A stretch of 64,000 nt of DNA from Octopus sinensis (GCF_006345805.1 NC_043022.1:3162001-3226000); one strand, 5' to 3'. Positions 11,606 to 25,238 are shown, numbered from the stretch's first letter. The notes: generated from the letters alone by a model not told the origin. A program made the numbers and translations.

Positions 11606-11818
11606 GACGTGTTGACTGAATCGTTAGCATGCTAGGCAAAACGCTTAGCGACATTCCTTAGGTTCTGAGTTCAAATTCGCCAAGGTTGACTTTGCCTTAA
11701 ATTTTTTTTTTTTTTCGGGGGACGATAAAATAAGTACCAGCTGAACACTGGGATCGACGTAATTGGTTTACCCCCTCCCCACAAAATTGCTGACCTTGTA
11801 CCAAAATTTTGAAACTAT
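11606..11818 (+). mobile_element. SINE-B variant (B2 tail)
   Basis: GAGTTCAAATTC B-box, central domain, CCTTGTACC tail. Confidence 0.7.
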
Positions 11819-11822
11819 TCCT

Positions 11823-12207
11823 AGTGGCTGTGTGGTAAGTAGCTTGCTAACCAGCCACATGGTTCCGGGTTCAGTCCCACTGCGTGACATCTTGGGCAAG
11901 TGTCTTCTGCTATAGCCCCGGGCCGACCAATGCCTTGTGAGTGGATTTGGTAGACGGAAACTGAAAGAAGCCTGTCGTATATATATGTGTATGTGTGCGT
12001 GTATGTTTGTGTGTTTGTCCCCCTAGCATTGCTTGACAACCGATGCTGGTGTGTTTACGTCCCCGTCACTTAGCGGTTCGGCAAAAAGAGACCGATAGAA
12101 TAAGTCCTGGGCTTACAAAGAATAAGTCCCAGGGTCGATTTGCTCGACTAAAGGCGGTGCTCCAGCATGGCCGCAGTCAAATGACTGAAACGAGTAAAAG
12201 AGTAAAG
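11823..12207 (+). mobile_element. SINE-A, young
   Basis: Near-consensus, with internal (TA)/(TG) tract. Confidence 0.9.
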
Positions 12208-12562
12208 GGTAAACGCCACCCACGTCATATATAAATACTTTTATTGTGTAATTATAACTGTAATTAATAGTTGTGTAATTATGAAAGTTCGCAGGTGTTA
12301 ATTAAAGAGCCACAGAAAATGTGATTTTGAAATGTCTGTGATTTGGTGGTGGCAGCGGCAGTGGTGGTGGTGGTGGTATGATTCTCAGTCTTTTACTGAT
12401 TTCAGTCATTGGACAGTGGCAATGCTGGAGCAATGGCATTTAAAAATTTTGAAGTTATTTTAAAGTTATTTATTGTATCAATCTCTATTCTGTCAACCGC
12501 TAAGTCACATAACACAAACAACGACACTGATTTTCAAAGTGTAAACATAAATTCTCTCTTTC

Positions 12563-13005
12563 TGTGTGCGTGTGTGTGTGTGTGTGTGTGCATGCGTATT
12601 TCTCTTTCTCTCTCTCTCTCTCTCTCTTCTCTGTCTCTCTCTCCTCTCTTTCTATATCTCTCTTTTCTCTCTTTCTCTGTCTCTCTCTCTCTTCTCTCTA
12701 TATCTCTCTCTCTTCTCTCTTCTCTTTCTCTTTCTATATCTCTTTCTCTCTCTCTCTTCTCTCTATATATCTCTCTCTTTTTTCTCTTTCTCTCTCTCTT
12801 CTCTCTTTCTTCTCTCTTTCTATCTCTCTCTCTCTTTCTCTCCCCCTCTTTCTCTCTCTCTTCTCTCTATATCTCTCCCTCTTTTCTCTCTTTCTTCTCT
12901 CTTCACTCTTCTTCTCTCTCTCTTCTCTCTTTCTCTTCTTTCTTTCTATATCTCTCTCTCTTTTCTCTCTTTCTCTCCCCCCTCTCTCTCTTCCTTTCTT
13001 CCTCT
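12563..13005. repeat. (TG)n followed by (TC)n-rich polypyrimidine tract
   Basis: Directly visible. Confidence 0.95.
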
Positions 13006-13289
13006 ACGAATATTGGCTCTGATTTTCATGTCCATCGCTCAAAACTTGATAGAAGCCAGACATTTAGCTCCAATTAAATTACATTTAACTCACAAGACTC
13101 GGAACCAGTTTGAGACTGTGAAATTAAAATGCCATAAATTCGGCAACAGCCTGTGTTCTTTTATTCTTTAATAGTTCCAGTCAGTCGACTGCGGTCATAC
13201 TGGTGCACAGCCTTGAATGATCTTTTTTTTTTTTAGTCGCAGAAATCGACCCCAGGCCTAATTCTTTGTAAGCCTAGTACTTATTCTTT

Positions 13290-13708
13290 ACTCTCTCTCT
13301 CTTTTACTCTTTTTCTTGTTTCAGTCATTTGACTGCGGCCATGCTGGAGCACCGCCTTTAGTCGAGCAAATCGACCCCGGGACTTATTCTTTTGTAAGCC
13401 CAGTACTTATTCTATCGGTCTCTTTTGCCGAACCGCTAAGTAACGGGGACATAAACACACCAGCATCGGTTGTCAAGCAATGCTAGGGGGACAAACACAA
13501 ACACACAAACACATATACACACACATATATATATATACATATATACGACAGGCTTCTTTCAGTTTCCGTCTACCAAATCCACTCACAAGGCATTAGTCGG
13601 CCCGGGGCTATAGCAGAAGACACTTGCCCAAGGTGCCACGCAGTGGGACTGAACCCGGAACCATGTGGTTGGTAAACAAGCTACTTACCACACAGCCACT
13701 CCTGCGCC
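13290..13708 (-). mobile_element. Young SINE-A nested in an older SINE-A tail (about 13165-13745)
   Basis: Old tail interrupted at TATTCT and resumes TATTCTATCGG after the young head. Confidence 0.85.
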
Positions 13709-14019
13709 TATTCTATCGGCTTCTTTTGCCGAACTGCTAAGTGAGTCCAGGAATGGCCGCGTGATTAACAAACTCGTTTCACAACCTTACAACCATGGGC
13801 CGTACACCCTAACCATTAAATAACGCGGTATGTTTCAGTAAAACGGAATCCAGAGTAATTAGTGATGTTAGTTGGCCACAAAAATTAATCCAATTAGTTT
13901 AATGGAAAGAAAAGTTTAATGATTCGAACGTAACTCGTTTTCTTTTCTGTTTATTTCTTTTGGCAGGATTCGAACTCAGAACGTAAAGAGGTAAAATTAG
14001 CAGCGCTAATGATTCCGTC

Positions 14020-15225
14020 TTTCCACCCCCTCTCTCTGTTCCTCTCTCACTCTCTCTCTCCCTCCTACTCTCTTCTCCCCCTCTCTCTCTCCCTCCTACT
14101 CTCTTCTCCCCCTCTGTCTCATTCATACCCCATCCCTGTCTCCCTTCCCCTTCTCTTTCTCTCCGACCCTGTCTATCATTCCTTCTCCTCTCTCTCCCTC
14201 CTCTCTCTCCCTCCTCTCTCTCCCTCCTCTCTCCCTTCCCCTCTCTCTCTCTCTCGCCATTTCTCTTCCTCCTCCTCTCTTCTCCCCTCTGTCTCATTCA
14301 CACCCTTTCTCTTTCTCTCCGACCCTGTCTATCATTCCTTCTCCTCTCTCTCCCTCCTCTCTCCCTTCCCCTCTCTCTCTCCCTTCCCCTCTCTCTCTCC
14401 CTTCCCCTCTCTCTCTCTCTCTCGCCATTTCTCTTCCTCCTCCTCTCTTCTCCCCTCTGTCTCATTCACACCCTTTCTCTTTCTCTCCGACCCTGTCTAT
14501 CATTCCTTCTCCTCTCTCTCCCTCCTCTCTCCCTTCCCCTCTCTCTCTCTCTCTCGCCATTTCTCTCTCCTACTCTCTCTCTCTGTCTCATCACACCCTT
14601 TCTCTTTCTCTCCGACCCTGTCTATCATTCCTTCTCCTCTCTCTCCCTCCCTTTGCCTCCTCTCTCTCTCTCTCCCTCCCTTTGCTTCCTCTCTCTCTCT
14701 CTCTCCCTCCCTTTGCCTCCTCTCTCTCTCTCTCCCTCCCTTTTGGTCCTCTCTCTCTCTCTCTCTCTCTCTCGCCATTTCTCTCCCTCCTCCTCTCTCC
14801 TCCCCTCTGTCTCATTCACACCCTTTCTCTTTCTCTCCGACCCTGTCTATCATTCCTTCTCCTCTCTCTCTCTCTCTCTCGCCATTTCTCTCTCTCTCGC
14901 CATTTCTCTTCCTCTCTCTCTCTCTCTCTCGCCATTTCTCTTCCTCCCTCTGTATCGTGTTTTCACACCCTTTTCTTTTCTCCGACCCTGTCTATCATTC
15001 CTTCTCCTCTCTCTCCCTCCTCTCCCCCTTCCTCTCTCCCTTCCTATCTCTCTCTCTCTCTCTCTCTCGCCATTTCTCTCCCTCCTCCTCTTCTCCCCTC
15101 TGTCTCATTCACACCCTTTCTCTTTCTCTCCGACCCTGTCTATCATTCCTTCTCCTCTCTCTCCCTTCCTCTCTCCCTTCCTCTCCCCCTCCTCTCTCCC
15201 CCTTCCTCTCTCCCCTTCCTCTCCG
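14020..15225. repeat. CT-rich higher-order minisatellite
   Basis: Motif CCGACCCTGTCTATCATTCC recurs 7 times in variable (CT)n spacers. Confidence 0.9.
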
Positions 15226-15514
15226 ATTATAGATGACCTCCACTACTGGCCACTGATACCTGCACTCAGGGACCCGGCATGTTTCATCGAAATAAATCGA
15301 ATCGAACATGTATATATTCTGAAAACTCGTAATCTCTTTATGGGTGTCGTAAACACGTGACCCACCTGACGTAACGAGCCAACAAATACCTGCTGAACCG
15401 AGAGGGAAGCCGTGAACGTCATCCTCCATAGTTACAACTCAATAACAATAAATATCAAAGCCGATGATATACCAATATATTGAACACTAAATTGATATTC
15501 TGCTTGTTTACCAC

Positions 15515-16364
15515 CGCCACATACACACATACACCAAGCTACATACACACATACATACATACATACACACATATATACATACATACATAAATACATACAC
15601 ATATACATACATACACACATAAATACATACATACATGCACGCATATATACATACACGCACACATACATACATACATATATACATACATACATACATACAT
15701 ACATACATACACATACATAATACATACATACATACATACATATATACATACATACACACATACATACATATATATACATCATACACACATACATACATAC
15801 ACACACTACATACATACACACACATACATACATACATATATACTACATAACACATACATACATACATACATACATACATACACAACATACATACATGCAC
15901 ACATGCATGCATAATACATACACACATACATACATACATACAATATACATACATACACACATACATACATACATACATATATACATACATACACACACAC
16001 ATACATACATACACACACACATACATACATACACACATGCATGCATACATACATACACACATACATACATACATACATATATACATACATACACACATAC
16101 ATACATACATACATACATACATACATACACACATACATACATACACACATACATACATACATACATACATACATAAATTCACACATACATACATACATAC
16201 ATACATACATAAATACACACACACATACATACATACATACACACACATACACACACACACACATACATACACACACATACACACACACATACATATACAC
16301 ACACATACATAAATACACACACACATACATACATACACACATGCATACATACATACACACACAT

Positions 16365-16395
<31 letters not shown>

Positions 16396-16592
16396 TACAT
16401 ACATACATACATACATACATACATACATACACACACATACATACATACATACATACATACATAAATACACACACACATACATACATACACACACATACAC
16501 ACACACACATACATACACACACGCACACACACATACATAAATACACACACACATACATACATACATACATACACACATGCATACATACATAT
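15515..16592. repeat. (TACA)n/(CA)n compound microsatellite
   Basis: Directly visible. Confidence 0.97.
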
Positions 16593-16875
16593 AATGATTG
16601 GCAGACGACAGCTGGAAGAGCGATGTTTCTACCTGTATACCTGGCACGTACACAGAGGGTCGACTAATAGCTTTATGCTGTCCTACAGTATTTATTTATT
16701 GACAGCAAACCACTCTGTCGTAAACATTGGTTTTCTCTCGTGTCCGAGAATTTAGTTTCTTCTTTGCTGAACACTTCCTCATTGGTGGTGGCGTTGACAA
16801 CTAAACTAGTCCAACTCTTTCATGGAAGAATCGATGACATTGACTTCACGGCAATGTTGGTAAAGGACGAGGTTG

Positions 16876-17180
16876 GGATCTTTTCCTTTTGAGCGGCAGT
16901 TTTCAACACAATTTCTAGTTAACTAAACACTTTTAAACTTCGTACACTGGTAGAATGTGTTTATAAAACATCATTTTTTCTTGGTTTTATTGAGAAAATT
17001 CTATAGTTTGTAACATATTTCGTCTGAAATTTCAAGCATTTCAGCAATTTTAACCAATCGCTGACCTCCATTTAGGTAAATAACATTCTGTGCCTAATGA
17101 ATATGTCCCTCCTTTAAGAAACAGATTGGGTTTATTTACATTTGTGAAGAAAAAAGATACCCTTCCCCCCACCCCTAACT
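16876..17180 (+). mobile_element. MITE-M, 3'-truncated
   Basis: Left TIR GGATCTTTTCCTTTTGAGCGGCAG; ends at CCCCTAAC just before the Helitron. Confidence 0.8.
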
Positions 17181-17196
17181 CCACAACCTTTGGGCT

Positions 17197-17203
17197 GAAA
17201 CGC

Positions 17204-17243
<40 letters not shown>

Positions 17244-20200
17244 ATATATATATATATATATATAAAACTGAGAATGTGTGTCTGTCTGTCTGTCTGTGTG
17301 TTTCCCTAAAACTTGAGAACTACACAACCAATTTCATTCAAATTTTACACATGCCTTACTTAAGGTGACCCCACAGCAATATCATATCTTCTCCACTATT
17401 TCAGTATTACGTGTTAAAAGTGAAACAAAAACATCTCTCTATTGTAATGCAGACACTTTCATTTTAATACTGAAACTATTAAAATGAAAGTATTATATAA
17501 CAGGGATGAACCATTAATAGTGGTCATCCTTTTTGCTAGAAGAAGATCCGCTATGGTCTTATATGCTACACCACTGGTTTTCAATTCATATTAATCAAAT
17601 TAATATTCAATTTTTCACCCTTATTATGTGTGTGTGTATTAGCAATTCGTATAAAATTGCATCAATGACTTGAACTTGAATAAGTGGTTTCACATAAATG
17701 GGAATACATTAAAAAGGTTTGTTGTTATTATTACTGTTTGACTATTGTAATCACGTTTGTTGAACCAACAAACACTCTACCACTACAACTAATAACTGTT
17801 GGGAACACTTTCAAACCTGCCTTACATTCGAACCGGAATCTCAACGCCCGAGTTTTCCATCTGAAGTTAATCTCTCTCATGGAGCTCATACAAAAAGGGC
17901 AAGTCTTTGGGCCCATACAATGTGACATGTACACAATCGAGTGGCAAAAAAGGGGCCTTCCACATGCTCATAACCTGCTTTGGCTCTCAGTGAAGATCAA
18001 TTCCAATGACATCGACAAGATAATCTCTGCAGAGCTTCCTGATCCAGCTTTAGACAAAGAACTATACGAAATAGTTAAAGCAAACATGGTACATGGTCCA
18101 TGTGGGCGTGGATTCAACATAAACACACCATGCTTGAAGGACAGCATATGTTCAGAAAGATTCCAAGGAGTCCTACAAGAAACTCAGACAGGTGCTGATG
18201 GGTATCCATCATACAGACGCAGAAAACCAGAAGACGGAGGTTCACAGCAACTATGGACAGCACAATATTGTTAATAGATGGATTGTTCCATACTACCCAC
18301 TCCTGTCAAAGACTTTCAATGCCCACATCAACGTTGAGTTTTGCAACTCCGTTAAATCCATCAAGTACGTTTGCAAATATGTAAACAAGGGTTCTGACGC
18401 TGAAATGTTTGGACTTCAACAAGAATACTGCCAGGATGAGGTGACGCATTATCAGGTGGGACAGTACATAAATAGCAACGAGGCTTTCTGGCGCATCTTT
18501 GGCTTTCCAATTCACCAACGACACCCCCGCCATTCAACAGCTTGCAGTGCACCTGGAAAATGGTCAAAGAGTGTACTTCACCGATGGTAATGCTTCTCTG
18601 TTGGCAGAGGAACCAAGGGATAGCACACTCACTGCATTCTTCAAGCTTAGTCAAGTGGATCCATTCACTCAAACCTTTCTGTATCCACAGATTCCATCGT
18701 ACTACACTTGGAGTGGAAAAAAATGGGCCCCACGGAAGGCAGGTCAAAATATTCATGGATACCCTGGCATTAAGTTTCACACTTGTCTTGGGCGAGTATA
18801 CACAGTGCATTCCACTCAACAAGAGTGCTTCTACCTTCGTCTACTACTGCATGAGGTCAGAGGGCCAATGTCTTTCCAGGCCCTAAAAACCTCTCATGGA
18901 CATGTCTGCACAACATACAGAGAAGCCTGCTATCGACAAGGTCTTTTAGAAGATGGAGCACAATGGGATGCAACTTTAGAAGAGGCTGCTTTATCACAAT
19001 CACCTAAAAGTCTCAGGGCACTATTTGCAGTATTACTACAGGCATGCGAACTGTGTGATCCGGCCACTCTATGGCTCAAATATAGAGACAACCTGGCTGA
19101 AGACTTTCCGCGCCAAGCTCAACTGCTCTATCCTGACATGGAGGGTATCAGCAATGAAATCTATAACAAAACACTCATTGACATTGAAGACAGAATTGCT
19201 AAACTGGGTGTAAAGGAATTGTCGACGTATGGCCTGCCACAAGCATTCAGGTCAGGGTCAAATAGCCTTCCCACTGCTGTCATTCGTGAAACAACCTACA
19301 ACACTCAAGCGCTTTCAAAATACATTGTTGAAAATGAGCCTAAATTACTTCCGGACCAGCTGCAGGCCTACAGAACTATTCTTAACAGTGTACGCCAACG
19401 CGAGGGACGAATCTTCTTCCTCTTTGCTCCTGGAGGGACAGGAAAAACATTTATTACAAAGCTTCTCCTTGCAGAAGTTAGGTAGCATCAGGACATTGCA
19501 GTAGCTGTAGCCTCCTCTGGCATTGCAGCTACTTTGTTACCTGGTGGCAGGACAGCACACTCAACTTTTAAACTCCCTCTCAATTTAGCAGCATCCGAAA
19601 TGCCTTCATGCAACATCAACAAAAGCTCAGATCAGGGACAAGTACTTAAAATGTGTCATCTAATTGTCTGGGATGAGTGCACTATGGCTCACAAGGGAGC
19701 TTTGGAAGCATTAGATAGAGCCCTGAAAGACATCCGAGACTATCAGGTTCCAATGGGAGGTGTAACACTTCTGTTGTCAGGTGATTTCAGGCAAACTCTT
19801 CCTGTCATTCCGAAAGGCACTAGATCAGATGAAGTCCTCTACCCTGTAGCATCATGTTACAATCCTCAGTCTCACCACTAACATGAGAGCTCAGCTACAC
19901 GGTGACAAAATGTCCACAAAGTTTGCACAGGACATTTTGACACTTGGTGAAGGCAAGATGCCTCTCGATGTTGCAGGACAAATGGAAGTGTGGTCATTTT
20001 CCTCTGTTGTTAATTCTGTAGATGACCTCAAAAACAAAGTCTTTCCCAACTTAACACAAAACTACCAAAATCACAATTGGCTGTGTGAAAGAGCGATATC
20101 AGCTCCAAAAAACGTTGATGTTAACAAAATTAATCAACAGCTAATGCATTCTCTTCCCGGCACTATACACACTTACAAGTCTGTTGATACAATTCCAGAT

Positions 20201-20861
20201 ATAAATGAAGTTGTGAACTGTCCTCCTGAATTTCTCAATTCACTGGAGCCTCCAGGACTACCTCCACACATATTAGCACTTAAAGTTGGAACTCCTGTAA
20301 TGCTACTCCACAATCTGGAACCACCAAGTCTTTGCAATGGAACACGACTGGTGATAAAGAAATTGATGTCACACGTTATCGAGGCGATCATTCTTTCTGT
20401 ATGTGGAAAAGGTGATGACGTCTTTATTCCAAGATTTCCTCTTACTCCATCAGGAGCAGAAATTCCATTTACATTCAGAATACTGCAATTCCCCCTTTGT
20501 GTCAGCTTTGCCATGTCCATTAACAAATCTCAGGGTCAAACCCTCTCTGTAGCTGGTCTTCTCTTGGAAGAGCCCTGCTTCTTGCATGGGCAACTGTATG
20601 TTGGCTGCTCAAGAGTAGGAACCAAAAGAAACCTTTTTGTATATGCTCCACAAGGAAAAACAAGGAACATTGTTTACAATGAGGTGTTATAATCTCAACA
20701 GCCAGGAAGTATATACATGATCCCCTTTTTTTTAACAAACTTCATGTACTTATATTAATATACATATATATATATATGTGTGTGTGTATCCATATATATA
20801 TAACAGAAAAGTCTAATTCTTCAATTGAATGTAACCGGGCAACGCTGGGTATCTCTGTTAG
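17197..20861 (+). mobile_element. Helitron, autonomous-derived, internally deleted and decayed
   Basis: 5' (TA)n-AAACTGAGAATGTGTGTCTGTC (exact start hidden in the TA tract); Rep/helicase remnants; 3' CCGGGCAACGCTGGG hairpin and TTAG|T (CTAG variant). Confidence 0.9.
17790..20692 (+). pseudogene. Helitron Rep-Pif1 helicase pseudogene
   Basis: IEWQKRGLPHAH (HUH), KSIKYVCKYVNKGSD, APGGTGKTF (Walker A), IVWDE, GDFRQ, LCNGTRL, SINKSQGQTL, HGQLYVGCSRV, spread over several frames; in-frame TAG at 19483. Confidence 0.97.
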
Positions 20862-20879
20862 TATCTATATATATATATA

Positions 20880-21330
20880 TTTTCTTTTATCTGTTTCTGT
20901 CATTTGACAGCGGCCATGCTGCAGCACCACCTTGAAGGATTTTAGTCAAACAAATCAACTTCAGGACTTTTCTTTAAGCCTAGTACTTATTCTATTGACC
21001 TATTTCGCCGAACCGCTAAGTTCCAAGGACGTAAATACACCAACATCAGCTGTCAATCGGTGATGGAGAGGCAAATACAGACACACACACACATAGATAT
21101 AAACGTGTGTGTGTGTGTGTATATGTGTCTGTGTATATATATGTATGTGTGTGTATATATATATATATATATGTACACACACACGACAAACTTCTTTCAG
21201 TTTCTGTCTACCAAATCCACTCACAAGGCTAAAGTAGAAGACACTTACCCAAGGTGCCACACAGTGGGACTGAACCCAGAACCATGTGGTTGGGAAGCAA
21301 ACATCTTACTACACAGCAACGCCTGTGCGA
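20880..21330 (-). mobile_element. Old SINE-A
   Basis: Diverged tail, microsatellite and head. Confidence 0.75.
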
Positions 21331-21954
21331 CACACACACACATACATACACACACACACACACACATTTTCTAAATAGTCCTTTGTTTCTATTTTCCAAA
21401 GCAATCTGTCTGTCTGGTCACACTGTTCCATTCTGACGTAATTTCTCTTGTGTTCTTTAAACCGAAATAAAAATCTCATGTTCTCCTCCCCCACAAAATC
21501 ATCATTATTCTTATAGAAAGTATGTGTGTATATATATATATATATCAAATAGCTCTGCACTTTAATTAGCGACGTCAACCGGCTACGCAGTTCCACTCCA
21601 TCTACGAAATAGATGGTTCTGTGTCGCTATCGACGATGAATATTCACTTGTGTCAGTAAGAGGAAATGGCACCCTACATTGTCCTTTTTTCAGCCTGGCC
21701 TCTTTATCTATATCCTGAGGGAATGTTTTGTGGGTGAATGCTGTGGTCAACCAATACCGAATGATTGCCTCGTTAGTTCAACTAAATTCCCTGCTCATTG
21801 AAATCGCGTCGAAGCGGTTGAATGCTCCACAGACATGAGTGCCCTTAATATAATTCTCGGAAATCTGTGTTACAAAGCTAGACCTTTAAATTAAAGTTAC
21901 AGACCCAGGATTCGGTATCCGGGAGTTGGCATCAAACTTTACAACGATGTTTTT

Positions 21955-22350
21955 AGGCGCAGGTACGGCGTTTGCTTTGTAACCACATGGTCCCGGGTTC
22001 AGTCCCACTGCGTGGCACCTTGGGCAAGTGCCTTCTACTATAGACTCAGGCCGACCAAAGCCTTTTGTGAGAGGATTTGGTAGACAGAAACTGAAAAAAA
22101 AAGAACGTGTGCATGTGTGTGTGTGTGTGTATTCATGACTGTTTGTTCCCCACTACTGCTTGACAACCGATGCTGGGGTGTTTACGTCTCCGTAACTTAG
22201 CGGTTCGGCAGAAGAAACCGATAAAATAAGTACCAGGTTTAACCAAACAAACTCTGTGCTGGGGTCGATTCGTTTGACTAAAGTTCTTTAAGACGGTGCC
22301 CCAGCATGGCCGCAGTCTAATGACTGAAACAAGTAAAAAACATAAAAGGT
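21955..22350 (+). mobile_element. SINE-A, diverged
   Basis: GGCGCAGGT...GGTTCAGTCCC head through GACTGAAACAAGTAAAA tail. Confidence 0.8.
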
Positions 22351-22524
22351 AAAAATTCCGTCTGGCAGGTTTCTGTACAGTTTTTTTTTGTCTAGCTATT
22401 CTCATTCATAAGGCTTGTTGGGTAGATCAGAGGTGATGGTGAAAGATAGTCATCTAAGGTACTCTCCTATGTAGTCGAACCCTTGATTTCTTTGCTAGCC
22501 TAGCGGATTTCTTAACGGTTTGGC

Positions 22525-22556
<32 letters not shown>

Positions 22557-22596
22557 TACACACACAGGCACACAAACACACGCACACACGCACAGT

Positions 22597-22800
22597 GGTA
22601 CTCCGTCGGGTATGACGATGAATGTTGCATTTGATCCGATCAACGGAACAACTTGCTCGTGAATTAACATGCAAGTGGCTGAGTACTCCACGGACACGTG
22701 TACCCTTAATGTAGTCGGACCCTTTGAATTACAGGTACAAGCCATTTTTACCAGCTGAGTGGAGCAGAGCAACGTGAAATAAAGTGTCTTGCTCAAGGAG
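22597..22800 (-). mobile_element. SINE-G partial
   Basis: C/G-type tail plus CORE-like CCTTGAGCAAGACACTTTATTTCACGTTGC on -. Confidence 0.7.
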
Positions 22801-22934
22801 GTACCTGGCGGAAGCCTACCAGATGGAATTTATATCTCTTATTCTTTACTTGCTTCAGTCATTAGACTGCGGCCACGCTGGGGCACCGTCTGAAAGCACT
22901 TTAGTCAAAAGACTCGACCCCAGTACAGTATATA

Positions 22935-23322
22935 CTCTTTTACTTGTTTCAGTCATTTGACTGCGGCCATGCTGGAGCACCGCCTTTAGTCGAGCAAATC
23001 GACCCCGGGACTTATTCTTTGTAAGCCCAGTACTTATTCTATCGGTCTCTTTTGCCGAACTGCTAAGTGACGGGACGTAAACACACCAGCATCGGTTGTC
23101 AAGCAATGCTAGGGAGACAAACACAGACACACAAACACATACATACATATATATATACATATATACGACAGACTTCTTTCAGTTTCCGTCTACCAAATCC
23201 ACTCACAAGGCATTGGTCGGCCCGGGGCTATAGCAGAAGACACTTGCCCAAGATGCCACGCAGTGGGACTGAACCCGGAACCATGTGGTTGGTTAGCAAG
23301 CTACTTACCACACAGCCACTCC
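22935..23322 (-). mobile_element. Young SINE-A nested in an older SINE-A tail (about 22835-23425)
   Basis: Old tail pieces on both flanks. Confidence 0.85.
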
Positions 23323-24254
23323 TTGGGGTTTTTTTTTGCAAAACCTGGTACTTATTTTATCGGTGTCTTTTGCCAAACTGCTTAGTCACAGGGGACGTAA
23401 ACACACCAGCACCGGTTGTGCCTTGCGCTGCCGCATATCGAACTCACGGCCTTGCGATCGTGAACCGAATACCTAAAGCACTAAGCCACGCCTCTTCACC
23501 ACACACACACACACACACGGAAGCAACGTGGAGAAGTTCTAGAGCCTTCTCGACAGAGTAAAAGTTTGTTTTCCTGGACGGCTCCAACGCCATTATCACG
23601 TTGCGTTACTGCACACGTAAACTGTGACATCAGAGGAAAGAAAAGAGAGACGCTCACCGCTCTTACTGTGAAACAAGTTTGAAATCTGTACAATTAACCT
23701 ATTTAAACATTAACAATGTTATAGCCATGTTACATTCATCCTCCTGCTGGGACAACAACAAAAAAACCTTGGTGGTTCTTAATGACATGCTTTGTATTTA
23801 GGTTATGTTGAATGTATGTATTGGTGGGTTTTTATCTTTATCTTTTTTTTAATACCCAATTAATACAATAGGGAAGATAATCCTTCTGATCATACGGTGT
23901 GTTAATGTTTCAAATCGTCTTTAATAGATTGAAATATTTCAACACTGGTAAACAACAGGGAGAAATTCACGGGGGATAAATGTCTAATTTTGTAATTGTG
24001 ACAAACTGTATTAAAAGGGATGGATTGAATAGAATTCAGTTTCACCTTTGTTACGGTTACGCCGTAAAGAGTCGAAAGAAACACTGAAGAGCCTTTTTTT
24101 CCGATACTCTGAGTTCAAATGCCGTCGAGATCAACTTTGCCTTTCACCTTTCCGTAGACGATGAAATAAAATACCAGTCACGTACTGGGGTCGATGGTAC
24201 TGATGATTCCCCCTCTCTTCAAAGTTTACGGCCTTTTGCTTAAATCAGAAACCA

Positions 24255-24610
24255 CTAGACTGCGATCATGCTGGGGCACCACCTTGAAGAACGAATTGAC
24301 CCCAGGACTTATTCTTTTCAAAGACTGATACTTATTCTATCGGTATTTTTTTGCTAAACCGCTAAGTTACGGATAAGTAAACACACCATCACCGGTTGTC
24401 AAGTGGTGGTGGGGGATACACACACATACACACACACGCACACATACATACATACGATGGGCTTCTTTCAGTTTCTGTCTACAAGATCCACTCACAAGGC
24501 TTTGGTCGGCCTGAGGCCACGGTTGAAGACACTTGCTGAATGTACCATGCAGTGGGACTGAACCCGGAACCATATGGTTGCTAAGGAAACTCCTTGCCAT
24601 AGAATCACAT
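24255..24610 (-). mobile_element. Old SINE-A
   Basis: Diverged match. Confidence 0.75.
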
Positions 24611-24827
24611 CTGCGTCTAAAAATCTGCTTTCGCCCATAAGTATAGTTAAATTTATAACGTGATTATCTACAAATTTTTTTCCGCTCACTAAACAACCTG
24701 TGCGTATTTCAGCGAAATACAGAGATTTCACAGAAATACTGTATTTGAAAATACCATAGCGGCTTTATTACCTTTCGATGTATATATCACCGGGACGGGC
24801 AAACAGGAAGACGGAGACACACTCTCT

Positions 24828-25036
24828 CTTTACTCTTTTACCTGTTTCAGTCATTTGACTGTGGCCATGCTAGAGCACCGCCTTTAGTCGAGCAAATCGA
24901 CCCCCAGGACTTATTCTTTGTAAGCCTGGTACTTATTCTATCGGTCGCTTTTGCCAAACCGCTAAGTGACGGAGACGTAAACGCCCCAGCATCAGTTGTC
25001 AAGTGATGTTGAGGGGACAAACATATACACACACAC

Positions 25037-25078
<42 letters not shown>

Positions 25079-25238
25079 GACAGGCTTCTTTCAGTTTCCG
25101 TCTACCAAATCCACTCATAAGGCTTTGGTCGGCCCGAGGCTATAGTAGAAGACACTTGCTCAAGGTGCCACGCAGTGGGACTGAACCCGGAACAATGTGG
25201 TTGGTTAGCAAGCTACTTACCACTCAGCCACTCCTGCG
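24828..25238 (-). mobile_element. SINE-A
   Basis: Full tail, long (TA)n, head. Confidence 0.9.

Noticed and set aside
14009-15232. 407-aa ORF and overlapping long ORFs
   Set aside because: Produced by a CT-rich repeat that cannot encode stops; Ser/Leu low complexity
15508-16667. Long YVCM/THTY ORFs (also 42322-42753, 46675-47376)
   Set aside because: Microsatellite translation artefacts
18499-20692. Functional Pif1 helicase or active Helitron gene
   Set aside because: In-frame stops, several frameshifts and missing N-terminus; no plausible introns rescue the frame
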